Positions 1-13,300 of a DNA stretch of 64,000 nucleotides are shown piece after piece. Position numbers and translations under genes: made by a program. The stretch comes from Yuukianura sp. NJ FZ-2021 (lineage: Eukaryota): positions 1,054,001-1,118,000 of the forward strand of contig CM102285.1 of NCBI GenBank assembly GCA_046563655.1, written 5' to 3'. The notes below the pieces were generated by a model that saw only the letters and a list, made by a program, of their open reading frames with translations, was not told where the DNA came from and ran no database searches. Numbering within the stretch: the first letter of the stretch is position 1; each line of letters opens with the position of its first letter.

Positions 1-53
1 ATGATTGATTACATAGTAGGGGTTAAGTCGAAAGAATTTAAATTTAATAGAAC

Positions 54-1076
54 TTATTTCCGTTTCCGTCGTTCTTTGAATTTTGCTTTCATTTCGTCAA
101 GTTTCGCTTGTAGAAGGGATTTGTTGAGATGATCCAATGATTCATGATTAAGTTCTCCATAGTGTTCAGCAACTGCTTTTTTGAAGGCGTCTCGGCCCTG
201 CATTGCTGCTAATTTGAAGGAATGTAATTTGTTGAGTTCTGTATAACCTCCTTTGTGTGCAAGATGGTCGGGCTGCTTGTGACTTGAGTCTGTGACTGGA
301 ATTTGCTGATGTTTGGTGGTGAGGGTGTTATGTTTCGTGGGAGCAGAATTTGGAAGATGAGAATCTGCGTGGGAAGCGAAAAACGTCTTCGATGACTTTC
401 TTGCTTCTTGTGGAGATGTGGAGTTTTGCTGAATGGCATCTTGATGTAAAATTTCGGATGTTGGAGACTTTGAAGGAGCGCCTGGGTTGGGGTCAAAGGT
501 TTCATGAAGGATTTGTGACTGGATGACCTGCTGCGGTTTGTCCACGAGAGAGGTGAGCTCTCCCTCTCCCGCTGGGGGAAACTCGGGTGGAGTACTTTTT
601 GTGGACATAGAATTTGTAGGTGAAACTGATACTTTCTCCACGTGCTTGGCATCTGAGTGGTCATTCTGGGACTTACTTTTCGTTCTCTGATGAGGTGGTA
701 AGTCATCGCTGATTCCGATTGTTGATCCCTTAAGCAAATGACATCGACTGAATAACTTTGCTTTTTCTGCATTTGACCTTAGTGACACGGAAATTGTTCT
801 CTTTTTCCCGAAGACACGGACGGAGTGAACTTGAATTTGGAGTTTTAAGTGTCCAAAAATCCATTCTGAAATGGTTGAAACAGAAACTCGCTCAATTTGT
901 AATCCGTGGATGATCACAGTGGGGTTGTCACAGGGTTTTTGTAATGACACTGTTTCCGAGAGTCGTTGGGCAAATTGGTCTTTTAACCGATTCAGGAGCA
1001 ATAAATCCGAATTTGAAAACTGGTTGCTTTGGAGCAAGGACGTTAGTGAATTGAAGCAAAACTTCGCAATTTCCAT
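54..1076 (-). mobile_element. LINE ORF1-like protein (RRM-type ORF1p) of a non-LTR retroelement; element continues beyond window start
   Basis: Intronless 340-aa ORF with the ORF1p pattern TVIIHGL...VRVFGK...ISVSLRS..EK..LF..CHLLKGSTIGISDDLPP, then a low-complexity tail; short tandem TTAGTTATT repeats upstream at ~1120-1175. Confidence 0.7.
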
Positions 1077-1195
1077 AGTGCGAGGCTGGACTGTATAAGT
1101 TAGGAATCGAATGGAATTTGTTAGTTATTTTAGATTTTTAAGATTTAGTTATTCTATCGGATTTAGTTATTTTAGAATCAAGAAAGTTAGAAACA

Positions 1196-2047
1196 TTGCT
1201 TGAATTTAGCGGATCCCAACCTGGGTATAAATTTCAAATAACATATAAGCCTCAGGAGCAAGTTCGTATTGCGCTTGTGGAAGGTAATGCTGCGAATGTA
1301 GTATGGCTGAGTATAAATGCTAAATCTCTACGAGAATTTTATGAGGCAAAAAAAATAAAAGACTTCAAAGACTGGAAAGTGGATAAAAGTGGAGCTCCAT
1401 GTTCTAGTCTTTCGTTGAGGGAAGTAGACATATCCTGCTCAAGATCTATGGACCAGCAATTTCGGTCACTGTTTGAATTTCATGGTTCACTTGGTTCTCC
1501 GTCAGGGCGAGACGCATATGTACCATTTTGCAATTTGTTTCTACCGGTAACTGACGAAAAATATTCCATTCTAAAAACTGACAACGGACCTGACAATTGC
1601 CAACAGGGTGACTTGACTGAAAACTGGACAGTGACAGTTATTGCTAAAAAGAGTTTAAAAAACCAGCACGCAGCATTAATTATTGAAGGAATTTTACATG
1701 CGGGCCACTTTGTCATTAGGGCGGAACTGATACTAGAAGACGAAGTAGTAAAAATCAAATGTGAATCATATAGAGGAAAATCACTGTATCAAGAAATTAT
1801 TGAGAAATATTACGGAAAGCAAATTCAGGTAAATCCCGAAATGGGAATGAAACTGTTGAAAAATATTTGGGTAGATACGTATAACCCACCACGGGATTAC
1901 AAGCGGCTCCACTACAATTGTAATACCTGGTGCAAGGAAAAACTAAAGGTATTGAATATTGCAAACAAATTTAAGAGTAAATTATATAACCTTTACGCTG
2001 ATCTTCCAAAAGACTTTGGATTGAAGGAATTTACATTTAGTAAATAA
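1196..2047 (+). CDS. Permuted papain-like (PPPDE/LRAT-type NlpC/P60) domain protein; probably a 3' exon or 5'-truncated
   Basis: 283-codon frame with no ATG at its start; QHAALIIEG (His ~1667) followed by YKRLHYNCNTWC (NC ~1916-1921), the His-before-Cys order of permuted NlpC/P60 enzymes. Confidence 0.5.
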   Translation: MLEFSGSQPGYKFQITYKPQEQVRIALVEGNAANVVWLSINAKSLREFYEAKKIKDFKDWKVDKSGAPCSSLSLREVDISCSRSMDQQFRSLFEFHGSLGSPSGRDAYVPFCNLFLPVTDEKYSILKTDNGPDNCQQGDLTENWTVTVIAKKSLKNQHAALIIEGILHAGHFVIRAELILEDEVVKIKCESYRGKSLYQEIIEKYYGKQIQVNPEMGMKLLKNIWVDTYNPPRDYKRLHYNCNTWCKEKLKVLNIANKFKSKLYNLYADLPKDFGLKEFTFSK

Positions 2048-2613
2048 ACTCACTCACAATGTAAAATGGTTACAGTATTTGGTAATAATATATATAGGAT
2101 GGATGTTTTTTGTGTATATGGTAGTTATGTATATGGTAGTTATGTATATGGTAGTTATGTATATATATTTTACATGAGCATTAGGTTACAAAAAATTTCA
2201 AGAGGTGACAACAGATAGTAAACTTAAAACGTGACGGAAGTTTTATTAAAAAGACTAAGCTTTATTTAAACATTTTTTTGGAATTGCTGTCCATAATTCT
2301 TAATTTTGAATCTACGCAAACCAAACAGGCTTTTATTAAAATCAACACCAAATTCTATGTAAATGGAAATCTGTTTTGCTCAAATACGTGAGAAATTTTT
2401 AATTTTGTGGAACAAGACACCTCAAAGGTTTCGCGATTCTCAAAAATGGCGCGAAATTTGAATTTTTTTTTTGAGTTTTTCCTCTGTTGAATGTAACTTT
2501 TTAGAATAAATAACTTTTCAGAGTTAAATTTTTTTAAGTGTTTTATGGTTGCTGTTGTTTTACTGCTTCTAAGTGCTGCGTTCTTTTTTTTTTGCTGCGT
2601 GTTGTGTTGCGTT

Positions 2614-5600
2614 TTATTTTATGCTGCGCATGCGGAAGATGACTAGAGTGAGTATCCAGTAGATAACAATGTAGATGGAGCTGGACACGAATCCAGGCCA
2701 CACCGAAGGATGGAAGAACCCCACGCCACGCCCAATGATTGAGCGTAGAGATTCTCCAGCCAAAGTGCAGGGCAGTACGTAGCTGAAGTTGCGCAGATAA
2801 AATGGCATTCCCTCCAGTGGCCACAACACGCCTGCGCAAACAGGTCAACAAAATTTAAACTTTATGCGCAGTAGCATTTCTTCAAGTAAAAAAAAATCTG
2901 ACCCGCCAAAATAAAGTTGGGCATAAACGTTCCAAAAGAGACCAAAAATACTTCCAACTCATCGCGGCAAATGGCACCCATTACGAATCCTAAAAATTTT
3001 AAAATTAACTAAAATTAAAACTTAGTAAAGAATAAATAATTCAATTATATTTTAATTATAATATTTACCCATGGAGATTCCAGAAATTCCGATGATGAGA
3101 CCAAGGAGATACGCTAGAAGGATTGAACCTTCCACTTTGATTTGGAATACAGAGATCATGATAACATACGAAAGAATCGACTGACAAACGAGCAACACAA
3201 ACTGGGTCAAAAAGTGAGAAATCATGACCTCAAAGTCAGTGACTCCTGCGACCTTCGTTCGCTCTAAAGCACCCGACCGCTTCTCCATCATGATAGACAC
3301 TCCAGCAGAGCAAAGTGGGAAGAAAAATATTATTCTGAAAATAATTTTTTAAAAATTCACAAACATTGCCAGTTTTTGATAAAAAAAATATAATCAATAA
3401 TTCATCTTTAAGTTCAGCAGATACAGAGACTTTGTTTGTTGATCAATTTCTCTGTGGACCAATTTGTTTGTAAAGAATTTAGTGGTTAGTCAAATTGTCT
3501 ACTAACGTATTTGTCCGTAGAGATTTTAGTCGTTGGTGAATTTATCTGTTGACAAACTTGTCTGTAGAGAGTTTTCACTTACGCCAGGAGAATCCCTGGA
3601 GCCAAGAAGTACGTAAAATTCGTCTCGTTCGTTCCGTACACCGGAGTTGGAAACTGGTGTTCATTTTTTAAATTTTGAACAAAATTTTTTAAAAATAAAT
3701 TTTTTGAGCATTTATTTTTTTTTGAAAAATGAATTTGAAATTGAAGTTTTGTTTTACGTTCAGCGGCGTGTCGAGCCCGTTGACGTCCACTTTGCAATCG
3801 GCGGCCAATTTGTACATAAAATCCTTCAGTGTTTGATACAAATTTTTCTTGATTTGGAGTCCCACTTGCATGTCTAAAGTTTAAAATACTTTTGTAGCAT
3901 TTCCAAAAAATTTCTAAATTTCAAAAAAGTCTAATTTTTATGAAAAGCTTACTGGACATGTCCAACTCAAAAGTAATTTGTGACCCTGCCAAGTTTTCTG
4001 GTCCAGTATAAACGCCGAACAAAAGTCGTTCTTTGAGGTGAAGTGTAAAATTATCCGCAAATTTCATCAGTCCCCAAATTTTAGTTTGTCTAACATCCTC
4101 TAAAGCCTCCTCTTCATCATCATAAGGGACCTGCATTTTCAAAATTTCAAAAACTCAAAATTTTAAAAAACTCAAACTTCCAAAAAAGTTAAAATTTCTC
4201 ATAAGTTAACTCGCCAAAGTAAAAACATTTCGATTCAATTCTGCAATGAATTGACAACTGGCATAGCCCGAGTATTTTGCAGCGGAGCCCATGATGCATC
4301 CCTGTTTTGGCGCCATTTTTAAACATTCAGTTTCGTCCACTTCGTTGTTCAAAACTCCAAGTTTGATGTCATGCGGGTCTATGCCAATGGCTAAGCATAC
4401 GAGCACAATTTGGAGCGCGGGAAGTCCAATTATAAACAGCACAAATCTGTTTTTCAAAAAAAGAAGTTCAAAATTTTGAATTTATAAAATTTGCTTTATC
4501 TAAAAGCTTACACGATGTTTCTGATAAGAACCAAAACATTTTTGTTCAACAAAGCGTAAATCCTGTTCAGTTTTTCTCGCATCTGAATTTTCAAACTGTA
4601 GTTTTTCGCGGTTGGATGATCAGCTGATGCTCTGTGCAGAATTTGACCAATGCTTAGCTTTTTCTTGGCTGGTGACTTCTTGACGTCACCGTCAACGTCA
4701 GGAGCTGACGTCATGTCAGGTCCATCCAGAAGATCCAGTGATGGACCAATCAGACGATTGGATTCGACGCTGACAATGGTCACTGATGATCGCAAACTTG
4801 CGTCTGCGCTGACCGGCTCACCGTGTTCTGCGTGTTCGTCATTTGAATTGTCCCGCAAGCAGAGTTGCACAACAATTTCCTCCAAAATGTAAGTGTTGAA
4901 GCGATTCATCAAATTTGTTGGCGAGTCCTCTGCCAACAACTTTCCATTTCGCATCAAACCAATCTTGAAAATTCCAAAATTTCAAAAAAAAAAAAATTAG
5001 AAAAAATTATTGTTTGAAAACAGTGAATTTGGAAGTTATCATGTGCAATAACGCGATAGCTCATGGGTTAGCACACTTTCCGGATTGAAGAGACGTGGGT
5101 TCGACTCCCACTTAATTCAAATATTTTTTTCACACTCTTTTTCATTCCGTTCTCAACCACTTGTGAGCCCTGGGTCTCATAGCTTCTTGATGTCTTTTTT
5201 TGTTTCCAAAGTTTGAAGTTTTCAAGTTTTTACTTAAAACGGAAATCGATTCAAAATACTTTCGATTTTGAATTGATTTCCTGCCGTTTAGTGACTACAT
5301 CGATTTGAACCAACTGGGCGTTAACCTAAATCGATTTGAATTAACAGCTTGTTTACGCTGAGCATTTATTGGAAAAAGGCGGGAAATGCATTTGACCTCG
5401 ACAAGATTCCGGGAAGTTTCGAAATGACACTTCAGTTTCGCGGGAACTTTTGAAAAGTTTGAATAATTAAACGGGAATTGATTCTTACACAATTGGAGTC
5501 TCTTGCTTCTTCAATGAAGTGAGTGGTGATTATCACAGTTGTTTTGGTTGTTGCCGCCAATTTTACTAGATGTGACCAGATACTGTAGATACAATACAAA

Positions 5601-6954
5601 AACAAATGTCAACATAACGGTAACCACCACTTACCACGTAACCACCTAATGGTAACCACCACTTACCATTAACCATCTAACGGTAACCACCAATTTTCAA
5701 ATAGTAACTAACAATTAAAAGTCTCTGACCTTTGCCTGAGAAGTGGATCGACGCCTACCGTCGGTTCGTCCAAAATGAGCAATTCCGGGTTATGGACCAA
5801 CGCAACTGCAAATGAAACACGCCTCTGCTGACCACCGCTAATTTTCAAAATTTCAAAAAAAAAAAAATTCAAATTCATGTTTTTAAAGCCGGTCAAAGGT
5901 CAACGTTCGTCAAAATTTCAACATTTGATAACAAGAAAAAGTTTATGGACGGTTATAGGATTTCGCAAACTTCAATCAACACGAATAAGCTTACGAAATT
6001 GTGTAAACTATGAAACGAAACTTTTGAATTTTTCACAAATTTTTGAGTGGAACTTTCGATTTTTTAAAATTTTCTTGGAAAAACTGACCTGAGTGAGTTG
6101 ATTCGACGGTTGACAGGCGGGAGTTTGAGAAAAGTGATGAGAAATTTAGTGTTTTCCTCAACTTCCCAGTATGGCATTCCGTATAGTCTTCCATAATAAT
6201 GTAGTACTTCTCCAATGCTAAACTCTCCGTACAGAGCAATTTCCTGCGGCATGTACCCAATTCTTCTGCCGGGTATTCCGCTACCCGGTTGACCCGGTTC
6301 CTTACCAAATGCTAGAATTGACCCACTGTCTACTTTTCTGAGTCCAACGACGCATGACAGCAGAGTCGTCTTACCACAACCACTTGATCCCAACAAACTA
6401 TAACTTTAAACAAAATTTTGAATTTTAAATTTTAAAATTTTTAAAAAGTGTGAAACTACTAATTTTGTCAATTTTGAGGCGTTGGAGTAAATTTGTGTTT
6501 CTTTTTTAAGTTATTTCTGAGCGCATTTGAGTCAATTCTGAAATAAACTTGAGCAAATTAAGTAAAATTTGAGCAAACGTGAATAAATTTGAGTGAGTTT
6601 GAGTAAATTTGTGTAAATATGTGTGAATTTGAGTGAATTTGTGTAAATTTGTGTGAATTTGTGTGAATTTGTGTAAATTTGAGATGGCGCTTACATGTGC
6701 CCTTTGACAACTGACATGCTGAAGTTGTTGAGAATCTGCGCAGAGTCTTTTTTAGACGAGTATTTCTTGTAAGCATTCCTAACCGACACTGCAAGTTGTT
6801 CCGATTGCTGCTTTTTTTCAGTTGTTGCAGAAAGGTTGAGATTGTTAGAGTTGCTGTGAAATACATTTAAATATATATTAATACATCAACAAATATAATA
6901 TATTATACTAAAACCAATAAATATTACGTACATTTCGTTTATAGAGCCCATCAT
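2614..6954 (-). CDS. ABC half-transporter, NBD-TMD (ABCH / ABCG23-like), multi-exon
   Basis: Walker [16 protein letters not shown], signature SGGQQRR, Walker [16 protein letters not shown]-2-type TM exons ([24 protein letters not shown]), stop after RMRSIK; start inferred from ATGATG...AT|GTAC exon at 6954-6932. Confidence 0.9.
5054..5112 (+). mobile_element. tRNA-derived SINE-like head (Pol III A and B boxes), intronic
   Basis: TAGCTCATGGG (A box) and GGTTCGACTCC (B box); no convincing cloverleaf; related copy at ~30070. Confidence 0.5.
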
Positions 6955-8016
6955 TTCCAGTTGTATTCAAAAAACAATACACAATTTTTGAAGAAATAAT
7001 TCCTTAACTCCCACTTTCCTAAATTTTGTTAGATTTTAATAGTGTACAAGGATGAAATTGTTACCTATACGACTAAGGACTACTTGAGGTGCTGAATTAG
7101 GTTAGTTTGAGTTACGTTATTAGGTTAACTAGGTTGGTGGTATGCCAGTTCCTTTTGATTTGGAATCTGAAATGGAACTAAGGTAAAAAGTCATATACCG
7201 ATCCAGTTTTGTTAAAATTTGTTAAAAAAGTTAGAAGGTTGATCGATTTCGTTTGAAATGGAGCTGAAATAGACTCCTATTATAACAATATTTAATTCAA
7301 GACTTTCCATTTTGACAAAATGAAAGCCTGTTATTAAACAAATAAGACCATACACCACTAATTATGTTTTTCTTTTGTCGTAAAACCCAAATTCGGTTAG
7401 TTAGCCTAACTAACCTATTCTGTTTCAAATTTAGGTTTAATTTTTGCCTCGTGTAAAGTAATTGGCTCAAAAGTAAGCGTGAAAGGTCATTCTCGACAGC
7501 ATTTGAAGAATACATGAGTTTTTAGTATACTGAATTATTAAACAACAATTCTGGAAAGTAGACGTTTTAAGTTTATGTTTCATGTAAAAAATTTTTTTGA
7601 CAGACAGACACCCTGATATGCCTAATTCATAAAAATTTAAAAAGCATAACATTTTTTGAAAAACAAAATGAGATTTTATGAAAAAGATCAGCTCAAGTGA
7701 GTTTAAAGAAGGTGAATTTTCTTCATGTTTAGGTTTTGTTGAAAGTGGCGTTAGTAGAGTAAATTTTTTGTGGTTAATTAAGTATAAATTTTTTGTAACA
7801 TATATTTTGTAAGGTCAATGTCACATGAGATAAATTTAAATTAAACTAATTTAAGTTTTTACTTCCAATTAACGTTAGTTAAGGTCGCTAATTAATACTT
7901 AATCACGGGTATAAAGACGTAATGTAAAAAAAAAGTTTTGTCGTTAGTGATTAGTTACAAACGAAAGTTGAAATTTTCAAATTTTGATTCCTATCGTCCA
8001 GATCAAAAGGTCCGTC

Positions 8017-9358
8017 ATGGTGAACTATAGAGTGGTAAATTTTGAAATGTTTCCGCAATTTTTTGTACTGTGTACGATATTTCACCAGATAGCGGCCGAC
8101 CCAACTTTAACTATAGAAGACGCCACTCTCAAGAACGGTATAACATCTATATGCTTTTTTTTTCAAAACACCATCACACCTTTTAACTTTGTAGCTTTTT
8201 AGTTTTGGAGAAAAAGTGTATTTTCAAAATTTAAGCAGAATTTTAAAAATTCCAAAATATTGTTTTTTCAAAACACCATCACACCTTGTAATTTTGTAGC
8301 TTTTTACTTTTGGAGAAAAAGTGTATTTTCAAAAGATAAGCAGAATTTTAAAAATTCCAAAATATTGTTTTTTCAAAACCCCATCACACCTTCTAACTTT
8401 GTAGCTTTTTACTTTTGGAGAAAAAGTGTATTTTCATAAATTAAGCAGAAGTTGAAAAATTCCAAAATAATAAAATACACATAATACAATAGCGTGTATA
8501 CTATATACATATTTGTATAATGTATACAATAATATAATATCGTGTAATATAGTAATACTATATACAACTATTTTACGTATTTGACTAAAATCACAAAGTT
8601 TTGATGATTTGCATTACAATATTTTAACACCCTTTTGCACTTTTAGATGAACTGGTTATGGGGAATTTCTTGACGGATTTTGGCGGAAAAGTTAAACTTC
8701 CTGCGAACCTTTTGCTTGACCAGATTTTGGAGAATGCGCAGAACACTTTGACTAACTACACGCGCATCTACCTGCCCAATTTCAAATACAGTAACTTCCT
8801 CGCCTCAATTGCCGTGAAGAACTCGTACTTCCAAGGGCTCCACACCTTCCACCGCGTAGGGGACTTGACCTTGGACGTCCACCCCCTGGGCAAGAACCAA
8901 TTGGAATTTGGAGTAGGATGGACAGAGGTCATTGCCCTCTTCCACGTAGAGGTCAAATTTTCAAAAGTCTAATGAAACTCTAAAGTATCATATCCTTGTC
9001 AAATTTTGAAAAGTGTATTGAAATTCTAAAATTTTATCAGGTCTACCCGTTCCAGTTTGGCATGAGTCTCATTCCAGACAAGGGCACTCTGACACTTAAG
9101 CTTACCAATGTCACCTCTGTCCAGTCACTTTCGATTGACCCCTTGAGAATGACCTTGGAAATTACAAAGTTTGAGCTCAGTTTGGGCTCAGCGGCGGTGG
9201 ATTTTGAAGGAATCAGCCCCACCGGGTCACTTGCGACGAAGACTTTGACGGCTTTTATCAACGAAAACAAGAACGGATTTCTGGGCGTTCTGAGTTTGGT
9301 GCTCAAAATACTTTTTAACGCATCCGTGCTTGGAGTAAAGGCGCTCGTTTTTCCTTGA
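8017..9358 (+). CDS. Secreted group-7 mite-allergen-like (TULIP-fold) protein, 3 exons
   Basis: Hydrophobic N-terminus (MFPQFFVLCTIFHQIAA), exons ~8017-8137, 8648-8951, 9041-9358; NLLLDQILEN and GLHTFHRVGDLTL resemble Grp7-allergen family motifs. Confidence 0.55.
8155..8470. repeat. Intronic tandem repeat, ~113-bp unit x ~3
   Basis: Unit TTTTCAAAACACCATCACACC...TTTTGGAGAAAAAGTGTATTTTC...AAAATTCCAAAAT repeated; related to the internal repeats of the MITE at 18127-18706. Confidence 0.85.
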
Positions 9359-9440
9359 ACTAAAACTCAGCAATAAACTCTCATTTGAAATTAAGTCTAT
9401 TTGCCAATATTCTTAGTCGGCTTCAAGCTTCCTTTCATTA

Positions 9441-9605
9441 GCGTGAAAACAATTAGCGGGAATTCCATGAGTCGGGAGAACTGGTCCTACATTGCCAATG
9501 AAACGTAACTCACCGTTTAAAAAAAAAAAAAACCTAACCTACGCCCCAACAAGGTTCATATCCGCTGTTGCCAACTTGGCGAATTCGCGATTATTGTTTT
9601 CACGC
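9441..9605. mobile_element. Small inverted-repeat element (MITE-like)
   Basis: GCGTGAAAACAATTAGCGGGAATTC ... GAATTCGCGATTATTGTTTTCACGC imperfect terminal inverted repeats. Confidence 0.5.
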
Positions 9606-10306
9606 GAATAACTTGCTACGGCCTGGAGAATCATTTAAACAAGTTTTAGAACGACGGTGAATCGTCAACAATATTGTATTCTTTCGGTAACTTCGTTAAC
9701 TTTGGCGTTTTTCCACTCTTTTCTGGTTGAAGTAGTTTCGGCGGGATTTTGTACAATGTAATCAGATTAAAAAAGCGACTTCCGAGGATTAGTGAGGCCG
9801 AAATTTTGCCTGTTTATGGTTGAAGCGAACTAGTCTTAAACCATATGTTACCACATAGTGTAACAACAACATTGTGGACACCAAAAAACAGTCGCTATTA
9901 GTTGTGCAAATAAACTAAAAGTTAAGCAAACGTTAAACCTAAACTACGAATTTCATTACCGCTGTCAGGTTTGTAAATGTACAAAAAAAATCACCTAATG
10001 GATAGAAAAAACATCTTCATCTCCCGGGATTGCCACATTGGTATATTCGTGGTAATGAAAAAGTGACTAATTCTCGGAATTGTACTGCTTACGCAACCAA
10101 GTGTAGGTTTCTGAGGAATAGTCGGTCGAGCTCGAGCTATAAACCTCGGTGTGTGAGCAATAGTACACTCGCAGTTACAATGTATACAGCTTTCGCTTCA
10201 GTCAACCTTCTTGTCTCCTCCAGTATCCCTTGCTGAGCAAGTTTTTAATTTTGTTTTGGTTTTTCCCGGATCTATACAAACTAATTAAATCAATTGATAA
10301 TTTGTA

Positions 10307-13300
10307 ATGATGGTTGTCGGCGACCAGGAGACACGGCCCAAATTAAAGGCAATACGACGGCGACTGCCACGACGACAGGAATACGAACGACTGTCTCGGA
10401 ATCTCATACCATCGCATTACGAAGTTTACATAGAACCGGATTATCCAGAATGTGACACCTTCAAGGGAATCACTACGATTAAGCTACAGGTCATTCTGAT
10501 ATACATTTCAACTGAATTTCTATCTTTAAACTGTGAAGTTGATCGTTGTCATTTTAAATCTTTTTGCAGGTTATGGATATAACTAGGGAAATGATCATAA
10601 ATGGAGTAGGATTGGAGATTCTTGAAGCGACATTTGAGTATGAAAAGAGTAAAGAGGTCAATAGAGCTGTTAATGCCCTTATGGATGATGAAAATGAGTT
10701 GATCACTATCGAATTCGATCGTGGCATTTTACCAGGAGAGGGAACCCTGTCTCTACTCTATGCTGGAACGATTTGCCCAAATATCAAGGGATTCTTCCAC
10801 ACCAATTACTCAACAGTACCTGGACTACCTCGACTGTCTTTCGGAACACATTTTGAACCTACATTTGCTCGACATACTTTTCCGTGCTTAGATGAACCTG
10901 ATTTCAAAGCAACATTTGACCTCTCCCTTGTCGTTCCTCCTAACAGACTTTCCATTTCTAACATGGTAAGGAATAACAACTTTAACTTTTTTCTCTGTTT
11001 CTAGTCTTGTTGCTTAAATGATCGGCATTTGTTTTTGATTTACAGCCGGTAAAGAAAGAAATAGACTTCGATCCAGCAGATCCAAAGGGCCTAAAAATTC
11101 TAACTTTTGAAACGACTCCAACGATGTCATCATATCTGCTGGCATTTGCCGTTGGAGAATGGGACGTTCTGGAAGGAACGACCAAAGACGGAGTGCCAGT
11201 CAAAGCATTTCTTCCGGTTGAGAAAAAGCAGCAAGGAGAATTCGGTCTTGCCATGGCCATCAACTGTGTCAACTATTTTAGTCAGTACTTTGGAACTCCA
11301 TTTCCACTTCCTAAACTTGATCTTGTCACTTTTCCAATACTGCCGGCAGGTAAGATCTGAAACAACCGTGACCTCGCATTTAACTCTTGTTTGTTATGTA
11401 GTTGTGGAATTTCCATGAGTGATTTTTTGCTTTACATTTTGTTCTCAAAGCAGGCGCGATGGAGAACTGGGGACTAATCACCTTCAGAGAAACTGTTTTT
11501 CTAGTTGACCCCACCGAGAGTTCGTTCATAACTAAGCAGTGGGCAGCCGTCGTCATTGCAAACAAAATTGCTCAACAGTGGTTCGGAAATCTTGTAAGTC
11601 TGCAATTTCATTTTTTCAGTCAGCCAAATCAGCTGATTACTCTGTCTTTACGTTGCATCATCTATTCCTTGTCCAACCTCACCAATAAGTGATGAATCAG
11701 CTGATTAGCGCAACACGATCAAAAAGGAGTTCGTTTCATGCAAGTTTTTTTCTGGCTGCGTAGGTCACGATGAACTGGTGGACCGACTTATGGCTCAAGG
11801 AAGGATTCGCTTCTTTCGTTTCTCATGGTGCCGTGAACGAATTCTTCCCCGAATTCCGGATATGGGATCAATTCGCCTGCTGTGATATGATTCCCGCCAT
11901 GGAATTTGATGCTCTCACGGCAAGTCATCCAGTACAAGTAGACATCCGTGACCCAGGAGACATTGGTCAAATCTTCGACTCCATCTCACTGTCCAAAGGA
12001 GCCGCTCTTTTTACCATGTTGGAGAAGTACATTGGACCAGAAGTTTTTCGCAGATCAGTTGTAACTTTCCTGGGTGCCTTTTCATACAAAACTGCCAAAA
12101 CTTGGCAAGTTTGGGAAACTTTTGAAGTGACAACTGGCCTTCCTGTGGTAAAAGTGATGAGGACATGGACTGAACAAATGGGATTTCCGTTAGTAAAAAT
12201 TGCTGATTTGGAACAGCGTAGAGAGGGACGGGCAATCACGCTCACTCAAGAGAAATTCACAGCTGATCCCAAATATGGCGGGAACAAAATCGAGTTTGGT
12301 GATTTGGTTTGGGTAAACATAACTTTTACGTTTTCAACTCTCATATTTACATTTCTACGTTTTACGGATTTACATTTTTACGGTGTATTTGCTTCAATGT
12401 TCAACAGGTTTTTCCTGTGGCTTTCACCAAGTCATCTGCTCCTCAAAGCCCAATTCACACTGTGCTAATGGACGGAACGGAAGGTTCGATTCTGGATTTT
12501 GTGATTCCAAATGTTGGTCCAAAGGAGTGGGTCAAGGTAACCAATCGCTTAAGCGCTTTGATGTGACCTTGACGTCCAAAGGCATGCTGTTGTTTTAACT
12601 TTTCTTTGACCTTAGGTGAATGGATGCATGAGTGGATTCTACCGAGTGCATTATCCGAAGGCAATCATGCGGGAGTATTTGTATTCAATTCGAAATCGAT
12701 CCATGGCTCCGCTGGACAGGCTCAACCTCCTGGACGACCTCTATGCTCTCGTACGCTGTGGAGAAGCACATACTGTCGAAGTAAGATCAACCAAAACTTA
12801 GACTTTCAAAAACGTATTTCAAAATTTCGAAACTCTAGTTTCAAGTGTTTTTGTTTTCAGGTTCTTCGTCTTCTAGAGGCTTATGTCAATGAAGACGACT
12901 ACATCGTATGGGAAGGGATGAACCGAGTGATTGGCGGGCTCAAAGAAATGCTCGAATTCACCGAATTGTCTTCAATGTTCTACGCTTATGTTATCAATCT
13001 CTTGAGGCCGCTCAAAACCAGGGTTGGATGGGATTGTGCACCAGACGAAGGTCAGTTATAAGCTAAGTTTACATAATAGCCTAACTAACCTAATCAGATC
13101 AGCTTTGTTAGGCTAACATTAGACTAATCTTGGTCTAATAACTCTAATTTTTTATTTTCAGATGGTCTCAAATCTATGTTTCGAAGTTCGGTACTAGTTC
13201 GTTTCATTTCGCTGGAAGACGAAGATACTATTGGAGAAGGAGGCTATCGATTTCTGGCTCATGCGCAGAAGGAAACCACTGTCTCACCTGATCTCCGCTC

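Noticed and set aside
5054-5112. Functional tRNA genes here and at ~30070
   Set aside because: A/B boxes are present but acceptor and anticodon stems do not pair convincingly.
8155-8470. CRISPR-like repeat array
   Set aside because: Units are contiguous with no unique spacers, lie in a eukaryotic intron, and no cas genes are present.
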